NCBI GenBank assembly: GCA_965198235.1
Contig: OZ240248.1
Span: 4,320,001-4,384,000 of the forward strand
DNA from: Candidatus Poribacteria bacterium
Lineage (GTDB): Bacteria > Poribacteria > WGA-4E > WGA-3G
Reading direction: 5' to 3'
Length of the DNA stretch: 64,000 nt
Part shown: positions 46,468 to 55,336 of the stretch, piece by piece
Numbering within the stretch: position 1 is the stretch's first letter
How the letters are laid out: each line of letters opens with the position of its first letter
Notes under the pieces: generated by a model
What the model was told of the DNA's origin: nothing
What the model saw: only the letters and a program-made list of their open reading frames with translations
Databases searched by the model: none
Made by a program: the position numbers and the translations under genes

Positions 46468-47427
46468 ATGAAAATTACCTTTATCGGTGTCGGTGGCATC
46501 ACCAGAAGTTATCGCCAAAGCCTCAAACAACTCGAACGTCCCATTGCAGCGGTCTGTGATATAAATGCCGAACGCGTCGCCTCTATCGCCGCCGAAGAGA
46601 GTGCGACAGCATACACTGACCACAACGAGATGCTACAGAAAGAGAAACCTGATGTCGTATTCACCTGCATACCACCCGGAGCACATACGACACAGGTTGC
46701 TGACGCAGCGGTGTCTGGGGCCGCGGTCTTCGTCGCAAAACCAGTCGCACAGGATTTGGACACCGCTCAACACGCCCGCGATGCGATTGCCACTGCCGAC
46801 GTTATCAACCAAGTCGGCTATATGGCGCGCTACAGCGACATCACAGCGAAAGCGAAAGCGTTAGTCGGAGATCGGAAACTTACAATGGGGATTGGACGGT
46901 TTCTCACGAGGATGGGTGCTAACCACCCGTGGTGGGGAAAATACGAGGTATCCCGTGGACAGATGGTCGAGCAGACAACCCACGTCTTTGACCTCATCCG
47001 CTACTTCCTCGGTGATGTCGCAAGCGTTCATGCGTCCGGTATCAAGGGGGTGTCCGACGGTATAACTGACTTTGAGGAGTGCACTGTCTGCAATATGCAG
47101 TTTGAAAGCGGAGCAGTAGGGAATATCACCAGTACCTGTGTCGCACGAGCGCACGACCATTTCGCAACGGAATTGGTCGGCGATGACATCTACCTCAAAC
47201 TTACGCTCGATCTCGGATTACGCGGACAAATCAGCGGTGAGGCGATCGACTACACCGGCACGGAAGCGGGTTACTTCCGACAGGTTGAGCAGTTCATCAA
47301 TGCGGTCGAAGCAAACGATCAGGAATTGGTTATTTCACCCTACGCCGATGCCGTCAAATCCCTTGCCGTCACACTTGCTGCGAATCGTTCCTTGGAAACA
47401 GGACAGGTTGAACGGGTTGAGGGATAA
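46468..47427 (+). CDS. Gfo/Idh/MocA family oxidoreductase
   Basis: FIGVGGI, VFVAKP (EKP variant) and EQTTHVFDL motifs. Confidence 0.88.
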   Translation: MKITFIGVGGITRSYRQSLKQLERPIAAVCDINAERVASIAAEESATAYTDHNEMLQKEKPDVVFTCIPPGAHTTQVADAAVSGAAVFVAKPVAQDLDTAQHARDAIATADVINQVGYMARYSDITAKAKALVGDRKLTMGIGRFLTRMGANHPWWGKYEVSRGQMVEQTTHVFDLIRYFLGDVASVHASGIKGVSDGITDFEECTVCNMQFESGAVGNITSTCVARAHDHFATELVGDDIYLKLTLDLGLRGQISGEAIDYTGTEAGYFRQVEQFINAVEANDQELVISPYADAVKSLAVTLAANRSLETGQVERVEG

Positions 47428-47493
47428 CCGAAAGAAACGGATATACTTAGCAATAGGCATTGACCGAACTTACAAATCGAGGGATGTGCAAAG

Positions 47494-47964
47494 TTAACGT
47501 TTCGTTGACTTTGCCAAAGCCTGTGCTAAGTTTCCTTGGTGACCGCATCGCGCAGTATTAATCGGAAATTCTGCACCTCGGAATCTGATTCTGGCAGTTC
47601 TAAGTCGGTTTCTCTGACTTCTGTGTATGCTACCTCCATGGACCAGGACAAGAACAAGGTTCATCTCAACGTCATTTGGAGTGCACCTGTCAACAATACG
47701 CGCTCCGTCTTGCAACTGTGCAACCGCTTCTGATGCATCAACATCGCCTCGCTTAAGTTCCATTGGAACTGCGACGAGACCGTTCTGGACATCGTCAATG
47801 TGGAAAAGGATCAGGTCACATTGATTTGTATCCGCTTGGTCTGTTGGAAATGCAAGATCTACATCCAATACAACGCGATTTGCTGGTTTAGATTGTAGAT
47901 TAGCCATAGAGACGCGACACCCTTCTTTGGTATAGGGGATGTCGCCTTTCTGTTTCCTACCCAC
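47494..47964 (-). CDS. Small PD-(D/E)XK-like protein, partner of the upstream ATPase
   Basis: QCDLILF...VPMELKRG...AVAQL pattern; GTG start after AAGGAG. Confidence 0.55.
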   Translation of the reverse strand: MGRKQKGDIPYTKEGCRVSMANLQSKPANRVVLDVDLAFPTDQADTNQCDLILFHIDDVQNGLVAVPMELKRGDVDASEAVAQLQDGARIVDRCTPNDVEMNLVLVLVHGGSIHRSQRNRLRTARIRFRGAEFPINTARCGHQGNLAQALAKSTKR

Positions 47965-47985
47965 TGGCGAATCTCCTTAAGAGCT

Positions 47986-49440
47986 TCATGCAGATTCACG
48001 TCCGCTGTTACCTTCCTGTTTCTCTAATTTCTGTTGGAGATTCACCGATCGATTGTAAAGCCCTTCCGCAACCTCCTCATAATCTTCTGGAGAGATGCCT
48101 TCTCCGGGTTTAAAAGGCATTTCCTTCACAGGTTTGTCCTTTTGGAAATGCCAAACACCAACTTCTTCTGGCAGCAGCCAACTCACAGGTTCATTAGTTT
48201 CTTTAGCCAGCAGTCCCTCAAGCGTTAGGTTGCTTATTTCCTGAAGCAGCCAATCACTATGCGTTGTTATAATTACTCTTACCCCTGCCCGAACCAAACG
48301 AGCGAGGATAACTGCCATGTCCGCCTGCGCTCCAGGATGCAGGTGCGCTTCCGGTTCCTCAATGATGAGCGTATCACCGGGCTTAAGGTCACTACGAAGA
48401 AACAACACCAACGGAGCGAGTTCCGATACCATTGAAGAGGCTTGACTCACAAGAATATCTTCCTCCATTCCCTGTGGACGGTAGAGAAACTCTGAGTGCC
48501 CACTTGGAGAAGATTTTGCGATTATGTCACCGGCGAGTACATCAGTCTCTAATGATTTGGCAATTGCAAACAATTTATCATTAGGTGTATCAGGTTCTTC
48601 GTAGAGTATCAGCAGCCGTAGGAAGTCTGCAAGCCCTCCTGATAACGTCGCAATATCTGAGGAATCTTCCATGAATGGGTAACTAATATGTGCTACAGAT
48701 GAACTCGCGATTATTTTGTGATTTTGCATTATGCCGCTTCGAGAAGATGGCAGATAATACCTTCGCAAATGCCTGATAGAGGGACGCGAACCTTCCAAAA
48801 TAGATACGGCATAAGAAACATGTGGTCTGATTAATTCAACGGGATTAACCACCATGTTCTCGTTAACTCGATCATTTATTACGATGCTATCACCAGAACC
48901 TTTCATCTCAACTGCCCAGAGCTCTTGACTTGCTTCACTAACCGATAAAGAAACATCCATTCTATGGTGCCGTCCATTGTCCAACCGAGGTAATTTGGAA
49001 ATCGAATTAAGATTAAAACAGCGTTTAAGTTCTTCCTCAAAAACCTTTAGATTCTTGAGCCCAGATTTTATTTCCTCACGGATGTCCTGAGGAAGTTCTG
49101 ACAACTTGACCTGCTTGTCAATTATTTTTATTTTTTCAACCAATTGATAAAATTTATTTATTTCATCTATTACCTCAATTACATCATCGAAAGAGTCTGA
49201 CTCAAATGTGGCTTTCGGTAAGGATAATATAGCGTGGTTCAACAAAGGATATCGCGGGAACCCCTCAAGGATACCATGCAGCGCATACACCAGCGTGGCA
49301 AAATAGGTTTTTCCCGTGTTGCTCGGACCAACAAATACCGTCAGCGGACGCAAATCAATGTTCGCCTCCGCAATGGGACCGAAATTTTTAACAACAATTT
49401 CGACGTTCGGATGCTGATGCGTTTCTTTGGCTTCGTTCAT
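47986..49440 (-). CDS. ABC-type AAA ATPase (AAA_15/AAA_21, AbiEii/OLD-like)
   Basis: VKNFGPI, GPSNTGKT, ASSMVSE, IIEEPEAHLHP and ITTHSD motifs. Confidence 0.88.
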   Translation of the reverse strand: MNEAKETHQHPNVEIVVKNFGPIAEANIDLRPLTVFVGPSNTGKTYFATLVYALHGILEGFPRYPLLNHAILSLPKATFESDSFDDVIEVIDEINKFYQLVEKIKIIDKQVKLSELPQDIREEIKSGLKNLKVFEEELKRCFNLNSISKLPRLDNGRHHRMDVSLSVSEASQELWAVEMKGSGDSIVINDRVNENMVVNPVELIRPHVSYAVSILEGSRPSIRHLRRYYLPSSRSGIMQNHKIIASSSVAHISYPFMEDSSDIATLSGGLADFLRLLILYEEPDTPNDKLFAIAKSLETDVLAGDIIAKSSPSGHSEFLYRPQGMEEDILVSQASSMVSELAPLVLFLRSDLKPGDTLIIEEPEAHLHPGAQADMAVILARLVRAGVRVIITTHSDWLLQEISNLTLEGLLAKETNEPVSWLLPEEVGVWHFQKDKPVKEMPFKPGEGISPEDYEEVAEGLYNRSVNLQQKLEKQEGNSGRESA

Positions 49441-49490
49441 TGTTATTTCTCCTAATCCGGTTTACATTGTAACGCAAGTTGCCACCTTTT

Positions 49491-49566
49491 TATAAACATA
49501 GCACTCCGCTGGAGTGCGGTGCCTTGACGATACGATTTTCTATAGACATATCACCCCTACGGGGTA
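49491..49566 (+). repeat. Doublet of TATARACAT-hairpin REP-like repeats
   Basis: TATAAACATA-GCACTCC-GCT-GGAGTGC and TATAGACATAT-CACCCC-TAC-GGGGT; degenerate copy at 63228-63254. Confidence 0.65.
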
Positions 49567-49671
49567 TGAACATCAGCTTTTTGGGTGAAAAACTTATGTT
49601 CAAATGTATAGGACATCTTGGGTAGCAACTTGGATTACATTGTAGGCGCGCTTGCAATGCGGTCTGAAAGA

Positions 49672-51045
49672 TTAAAAAAACGTCAGATACAGTTTTCCAA
49701 CAATCTCCCGCCATAACAGGACTGCGAGTTCGCGGGCGTGATAATCGCCCCACATCGAAGCCTCTCCACACGGAATCTTCCTGCCTTCCGGCACATAATC
49801 CCACCCATTCGGACGGTGATATATCGAATGCAACAGCAGCCCTTGATGCGTATCGGATTCAGAGAGATAGGGTTCAGCGAAGAGCGTCTTCGCGACTGTT
49901 AAGCCCGCTTGGTAATAGGAATCTCCTGCATCTGGTTCACCGTGTTTTCTGAGATAGTTGCCCAGCCGAATCAATCCTTGCGCCGCAATCGCGGCGGCGG
50001 AACTATCTACCGGTTCAAGATCGTTGAACGGATCCGCGGGGACTGCCAAATAATCGTTGATATATTCGGCTAAACCGGGCGCGCCTGTATCCCAATATGG
50101 GATTCCGTCCTGTGCCGTGTTTTCAATATAGAAATCAGCGGTGGCTTCTGCCGCTTTGCGCATGTGTGCCGTTGCCAGTTCATATCCACCGTAAGGTTCA
50201 AGCATATCTGCTGGTAGCGTGTCAAAAAATTCAAGTTGCTCGGCGTAACCCGTAATAATCCATGCGAGTCCGCGCGTCCACGTCGTAAACGGTGAATACC
50301 CCTGCTGCGTACTCGGACAGCGGTAGTTCCCATCGTTCGTATTGAAGATAGATTCATGTACCACCCGTCCACGCAGGTCGAATGCATCACGACCTTCGCC
50401 ATAGTAGACGTTATAGGTTGCCGTCGTCTGCGAATGCTGGAGCAAGCGTTCCAGTAGACTAACAGCGACATCGCCCTCATCCATAAGCACTGCGCCAAGG
50501 GTATGTCCAAGTCCCAAAACCCGTAGAGAACGAATAGTGTCTGAGAAAAGCGAATGCGGTCCATTGAAAGAGGCGATATATCCCGTGCCATCTTTAATAC
50601 GGGTCCAGCGACTCGCTTGCACGGCAGCGGAGGCTTTCAGTGCGAGTTCATAGAAATCCATCTCGCCATCGTTCAAGGGAATCACACCCTCCCGCATCAA
50701 ACGTCGGAGGTTGCCGTAAGTAGAGACATTATTGAAACCGTGATCATGGACACCAATGTGGGTCACATGGGGTGCCATCTTTTCAATCGTATTCCGTCTA
50801 CCGATCTCAAGGAACTGCTCATCGCCAGTGGCATCAAATTGGAGAATAGCGGAGCCGAATTGGAACCCTTGCGTCCACTCAGTCCAGCCGCGTGTCGTGT
50901 AGGTGCCAGCGACCGTAAAAACAGGTGTCCCTTTTTCGGGGGGCCATGTGTCTTCTATTGCTAAAATTTTTTGACCTGAACATTCAAAAAGCCTCTGAAT
51001 CTGAGGCTTCAGATCGGCGGGATGCAATGAATCGTTTATCTGCAT
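49672..51045 (-). CDS. Glycoside hydrolase family 88 (unsaturated glucuronyl hydrolase-like)
   Basis: WTQGF, HDHGF, TWTRGLAW, PYWD, DSSAAAI and WGDY motifs. Confidence 0.85.
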   Translation of the reverse strand: MQINDSLHPADLKPQIQRLFECSGQKILAIEDTWPPEKGTPVFTVAGTYTTRGWTEWTQGFQFGSAILQFDATGDEQFLEIGRRNTIEKMAPHVTHIGVHDHGFNNVSTYGNLRRLMREGVIPLNDGEMDFYELALKASAAVQASRWTRIKDGTGYIASFNGPHSLFSDTIRSLRVLGLGHTLGAVLMDEGDVAVSLLERLLQHSQTTATYNVYYGEGRDAFDLRGRVVHESIFNTNDGNYRCPSTQQGYSPFTTWTRGLAWIITGYAEQLEFFDTLPADMLEPYGGYELATAHMRKAAEATADFYIENTAQDGIPYWDTGAPGLAEYINDYLAVPADPFNDLEPVDSSAAAIAAQGLIRLGNYLRKHGEPDAGDSYYQAGLTVAKTLFAEPYLSESDTHQGLLLHSIYHRPNGWDYVPEGRKIPCGEASMWGDYHARELAVLLWREIVGKLYLTFF

Positions 51046-51226
51046 TTTTTAAATTTTCCTTGCGGTTCGGTGAGGTGCATTGGATGAACAACGATCCCCT
51101 CCGTAGATCCGCCTGCGCCGTTGTTGCAGGCTACAGTTTTGGTTTAACATTCCATTCTTAACCAGAAACCCGCATTCTCACTGCGAAGCAAATGGACACA
51201 GCGGGCCAGAAGCAATAAGTTAAAAA
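51046..51226 (+). mobile_element. Full-length family A MITE/REPIN-like element
   Basis: TTTTTAAATTTTCCTTGCGGTTCGGTGAGG ... TTAACCAGAAACC ... AGTTAAAAA; the ends are inverted TTTTTAA/TTAAAAA. Confidence 0.75.
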
Positions 51227-51238
51227 TCTAAAACTGCC

Positions 51239-51745
51239 TTACGGTGTGTCTGCGGCATCAGCATCTTTATACCGTTCACATATCACTTGGATGAGATTGG
51301 TTGTGGACTTACCCGGGACGTTCAAACCGACGATAACCTCACCACCGTTTGCCTCAACGATATCCCTTTCAATGAGTTGTTCCAGTTGATAGTCGCCACC
51401 TTTAACGTGGATATTCGGTTTGAGATCGGCAAGCAAAGAAATTGGCGTTAGTTCTGGAAAGATAACGACGTAATCGACGCATTCCAACCCAGCGAGCATC
51501 TCTGCGCGCTCATCTTCAGGAACGAGTGGACGATTTTCACCCTTGAGTTCCCGGACTGAACCATCACTGTTAACCGCCACCACGAGCAGATCCCCAAGCT
51601 GACGCGCCGCCTGAAGATAACGGAGATGGCCCAAGTGTAGTACATCAAAACAACCGTTGGTGGTGACAACAACGTCTCCGCCTGCTCTCGCTTGCTGAAG
51701 AAGGGATGCAAGTTCGTTGCGATGATAGATTTTTTGGCTTGACAT
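51239..51745 (-). CDS. rfaE2: D-glycero-beta-D-manno-heptose 1-phosphate adenylyltransferase (RfaE domain II)
   Basis: TNGCFDVLHLGH, NSDGSVRELKGENRP, VKGGDY and STT motifs. Confidence 0.9.
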   Translation of the reverse strand: MSSQKIYHRNELASLLQQARAGGDVVVTTNGCFDVLHLGHLRYLQAARQLGDLLVVAVNSDGSVRELKGENRPLVPEDERAEMLAGLECVDYVVIFPELTPISLLADLKPNIHVKGGDYQLEQLIERDIVEANGGEVIVGLNVPGKSTTNLIQVICERYKDADAADTP

Positions 51746-51890
51746 TTTTCTATTTCTAAACTTTAGTTTAGTATAGTTTAGCACGCATTAGACCGTTTGG
51801 CAAGTTTTTCCTTTATTGCCCAATTCATGATTCTGTGCTACAATGAAGTGGAAATTGTAGTAAAAAATTATGCCGATCAGGAGAAAAGAG

Positions 51891-53057
51891 ATGACACAGC
51901 AAAAAGAACACACGCATCGCAGGTTACCTATTTGCACGCTCGGCGCACCCGGACACGGCAAAACAACATTGACGGCGGCGATAGCAAAGGTCGTCGCGAG
52001 AATCGGTGCGATCCACACGAACGGAGATAGCGACTTTGAAATCCAAACCCCAATCAGCCACCCAATCCGAGAAGGGGTCGGCATCACCTACCGTGCAATA
52101 GCGTATGAAACCAGCGGTAAACTTTACAGACAAATCGATTGCGAGACACACATCGATGCTGTCAAAATGCTCGTCAGTGGGTCTCCAGCAATCCAAGGGG
52201 CAATTTGGATAGTAAATGCAGTCGAAGGGATAACACCCGACTCCGAGGCACATCTCCGCCTTGCCAGCCAGATGCAATTCCCGACAGTGTTATCCTTTCT
52301 TAACACAGGTGGTACTCCAAAGGACGATGAACTCATAGACATTTGCCAACAGGAAATGGAAGAACTGCTGAACGAGTGTGGATGGGATGAAGAAACCGCT
52401 CCAATAATCGTTGGCGACGTGCGCAAGGCATTAGACTACAGGGGAGACAGTATCACCTCCACACAGTGGCAACCGATCGTTGACCTTATCTTCGCAATGA
52501 ATCGGGCAATGCCTGCCCCCGTGGACACGGCACGCTTACCGCTTATTATGCCTATTCATGAAATCACTGAGGAAACGAAGGAGAGTGTATCCGTCCGCGG
52601 CGATATTGTGCAGGGACAACTCGCTGTCGGACAAGCCGTAGATATCGTGGGCAAAGGGGACAGAATTAAGACGCGGGTTCTCAGTATAAAGGAGGATGAA
52701 GTGTGCGTCGAATCTGAACCCGACTGGTTGTCTCTTGGACAGGTACTTTGTACACCGAAGACAGTCAAATCACATTCCGAATTTACGGCACTCATCTATC
52801 TGCTGACACACGAAGAGAGCGGCACACATATCCCCCTGATCGAAAACGACAGACCTGACATCTATCTATGGGGGACTGACATACCAGCGCATCTAAAACT
52901 CCCGCCAAGTCTCTCCCTTATTACACCGGGGGCTTATGCCCACGTCTCCGTTACACTCGACTTACCGCTGGTGATGGAGATCGGCACCCGATTTGAAGTA
53001 AAAAAGATGGATGTGCGAATCGGGTTCGGTGTTGTGACTGGCGTAGGTGATCTCTGA
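51891..53057 (+). CDS. Highly divergent three-domain EF-Tu paralogue
   Basis: GHGKTTLTAAI, YET...IDCETHIDAVK, GQVLCTP...YLLTHEESGTH.P, and RF...IGFGVV are colinear with EF-Tu. Start ATG 51891 after AGGAG. Confidence 0.88.
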   Translation: MTQQKEHTHRRLPICTLGAPGHGKTTLTAAIAKVVARIGAIHTNGDSDFEIQTPISHPIREGVGITYRAIAYETSGKLYRQIDCETHIDAVKMLVSGSPAIQGAIWIVNAVEGITPDSEAHLRLASQMQFPTVLSFLNTGGTPKDDELIDICQQEMEELLNECGWDEETAPIIVGDVRKALDYRGDSITSTQWQPIVDLIFAMNRAMPAPVDTARLPLIMPIHEITEETKESVSVRGDIVQGQLAVGQAVDIVGKGDRIKTRVLSIKEDEVCVESEPDWLSLGQVLCTPKTVKSHSEFTALIYLLTHEESGTHIPLIENDRPDIYLWGTDIPAHLKLPPSLSLITPGAYAHVSVTLDLPLVMEIGTRFEVKKMDVRIGFGVVTGVGDL

Positions 53058-53059
53058 TC

Positions 53060-53189
53060 CAAAACCTGAGCCCGTAAGCGTAGCGGAGGGGTGTTTTTGC
53101 TTGGGTATTTCTTCGGATTTCTTCAGATATACGTCAAAGAACGTTATTCACCCGTTGACTTCACCGAACCGCAAGGTATAATTAAAAAA
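53060..53189 (-). repeat. Family A repeat (left half), supplies the hisA stop codon
   Basis: Reverse complement TTTTTTAATTATACCTTGCGGTTCGGTGAAG...CCCTCCGCTACGCTTACGGGCT. Confidence 0.8.
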
Positions 53190-53895
53190 TATGTGCGGTA
53201 GCAATTGCGTCACGCAGCGCGAGGTCACCGGTATACAAAGCACGCCCTATTATCGCGCCGCTGGCACCGATCTGCTTCAAAGCGGCTACGTCAGCAAGCG
53301 ACGTGACCCCACCCGAAGCAATCACATCCGCAGATACGGCATCAACAACATCGGCAGTTGCGTCAACATTGGGACCCTTGAGCATGCCATCGCTTTTGAT
53401 GTCAGTGTAGATAAGCGTTTGGACCTCCGATATCTCCACGGCAAATTCGACAGCAGATTTTTGAGAGACCTCTAACCATCCGTCCGTGGCGACCCTTCCA
53501 TCTTTCGCGTCGATGCCGACAGCGACGCGCACACCGTGTTCGGCACACGCCTGCTTCACCAAACTCGGTTGTTTGAGCGCAACCGTGCCTAAAATGGCGC
53601 GATCCACACCTAACGCCAAAACCGCTTCTAATTGCTCCATGCTGCGGATGCCACCGCCAAGCTGGACAGGAATATCAAGCTCACATACGATTTCGCTAAC
53701 GATATGGAGGTTCGCCGATTCACCCTGAAACGCGCCGTCCAGATCCACGAGGTGCAAGTATTCTGCTCCCTCGGCTTGCCACCGCAATGCCATTTCCACA
53801 GGCGCGTCCGAGAAAATTGTCTCCTGCGACGCGATACCCTGCACTAAATTTACACACTTTCCACCGCGAAGATCAATTGCGGGTAGTATTTGCAT
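53182..53895 (-). CDS. hisA: ProFAR isomerase HisA
   Basis: ILPAIDL, LHLVDLDGA, QLGGGIR, TDIKSDGMLKG, IASGGV and IIGRALY motifs. Confidence 0.96.
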   Translation of the reverse strand: MQILPAIDLRGGKCVNLVQGIASQETIFSDAPVEMALRWQAEGAEYLHLVDLDGAFQGESANLHIVSEIVCELDIPVQLGGGIRSMEQLEAVLALGVDRAILGTVALKQPSLVKQACAEHGVRVAVGIDAKDGRVATDGWLEVSQKSAVEFAVEISEVQTLIYTDIKSDGMLKGPNVDATADVVDAVSADVIASGGVTSLADVAALKQIGASGAIIGRALYTGDLALRDAIATAHIF

Positions 53896-54267
53896 TTTTA
53901 ATTTTCCTTGCGGTATTTTAATTTTACCTTGCGGTTCGGTGAGGTGGGTTGGGGTACTGAAAGTTCCTCTCCGTATACCCGCTCTCCATTACATTACGAG
54001 CTACGTGCCTTGTTTATTGTTTTCACTAAAACCCTCAAACTCAGTTGCACATTTAATTTTCCTTGCGGTATTTTAATTTTACCTTGCGGTTCGGTGAGGT
54101 GGGTTGGAGTACTGAAAGTTCCTCTCTGTATACCCGATCTCCATTACATTACGAGCTACGCGCCTTAGTTTATTTCTTCCACCAAAACCCTCAAACATAG
54201 TTGAGACTTAATCAGAAACCTGCGCGTAATGGAATGGAGCGCAGCCAAGGCGTACATAGTTAAAAAA
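53896..54267 (+). mobile_element. Tandem family A elements (truncated copy plus full copy)
   Basis: ~156-bp near-identical direct duplication (53896-54051 and 54052 onward). Each copy has a doubled TTAATTTTWCCTTGCGGT end; the second ends CATAGTTAAAAAA. Confidence 0.85.
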
Positions 54268-54275
54268 CCTTTCCG

Positions 54276-55226
54276 CTATTCATCTCGGAAAATACCGAGC
54301 AACTTCAATTGGACGATTGAGATAACCGCAATAATGAAAAATAGCACCCAGCCGATTGTCGCCGCATAGCCGAGCCGCATGAATTGAAATCCGTTTTTGT
54401 AGAGATACATGACGATAGTCGACCCCGCATCCGCAGGTTCACCGCCGTTTGTTAAAATGAATGGAAGGTCAAAGAGTTGGAGCGAGCCTATCATCGAGAC
54501 AACGAAAACGAAGGCTATCACGGGGCGCAAGGAAGGGAGCGTGACATGGATGAACGCCTGCCACCAGTTCGCGCCATCGACCGCTGCCGCTTCATACAAC
54601 TCCTGCCGAATCCCTTGCAACCCAGCCAAAAAATAGATCATATTGAACCCTGCCCACTGCCAAACCCCTGTTAGGATGACCGCTGGCATCACATATTTCT
54701 CCTCGTTTAACCAACCGATCTCTTTGCCAAAAAGAACAAATTCCTGATTTATCAAGCCTGCCCGCTGGTCGTAGACGAGGTTAAAGATAATCGCGACGAA
54801 GACACCGGCGACGAGGACTGGTGCGAAAAAGGCGAGACGCAGGAAATTCTTCCCTTTGACGAATTTGGAATTGAGGAGAATCGCCAATAGCAAGGCAATC
54901 GGCAATTGGAGGGTGAGGGTGCCCGCGGCGAAATAGGCAGTGTTCCGTAGCGATTTCCAAAAAATTGGGTCACGAAACAGATCCGTGAAGTTACCGATGC
55001 CAACAAATATTCGGCTCTGGAACCCACGCATTTCATACAAACTCATAACGAGCGACGAAATGAGCGGATACCCCATAAAAATGACGAACAGCAGATAAAA
55101 CGGAGCGATAAAAAGATAGGGAGCGATTTTCTGTTGTTGATTCCAAAACCGGTTTTTAATTATTCCTTGCGGTTCGGTGAGGTTGGTTGGGGTTTTCACG
55201 TGTACCTCCGTAGAGTCAAGAAACAC
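54276..55226 (-). CDS. Carbohydrate ABC transporter permease
   Basis: YLFIAPF, GIGNF, ELYEAAAVDGAN (EAA loop) and GYAATIG. The start (GTG 55226 or GTG 55199) lies inside a family A repeat. Confidence 0.92.
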   Translation of the reverse strand: MFLDSTEVHVKTPTNLTEPQGIIKNRFWNQQQKIAPYLFIAPFYLLFVIFMGYPLISSLVMSLYEMRGFQSRIFVGIGNFTDLFRDPIFWKSLRNTAYFAAGTLTLQLPIALLLAILLNSKFVKGKNFLRLAFFAPVLVAGVFVAIIFNLVYDQRAGLINQEFVLFGKEIGWLNEEKYVMPAVILTGVWQWAGFNMIYFLAGLQGIRQELYEAAAVDGANWWQAFIHVTLPSLRPVIAFVFVVSMIGSLQLFDLPFILTNGGEPADAGSTIVMYLYKNGFQFMRLGYAATIGWVLFFIIAVISIVQLKLLGIFRDE

Positions 55227-55252
55227 CCTTCCACTTCGTTTCAGGCTACGTT
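55153..55252 (+). repeat. Family A repeat (left half) overlapping the permease N-terminus
   Basis: TTTTTAATTATTCCTTGCGGTTCGGTGAGG...CCTTCCACTTCGTTTCAGGCTAC; encodes NLTEPQGIIK on the minus strand. Confidence 0.85.
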
Positions 55253-55336
55253 TTCTCGACGATTTTTCAATTATTCCGTTGTCGCAATGCTAACGACTTT
55301 GGTCAAAGTTTTTTCAGTCAATGCTGTTTGAGAAAA

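Noticed and set aside
51056-51080. GCGGTTCGGTGAGG resembles the end of group II intron domain V
   Set aside because: The 5' half of domain V (GAGCCG...GAAA) is missing in all copies and there is no maturase/RT.
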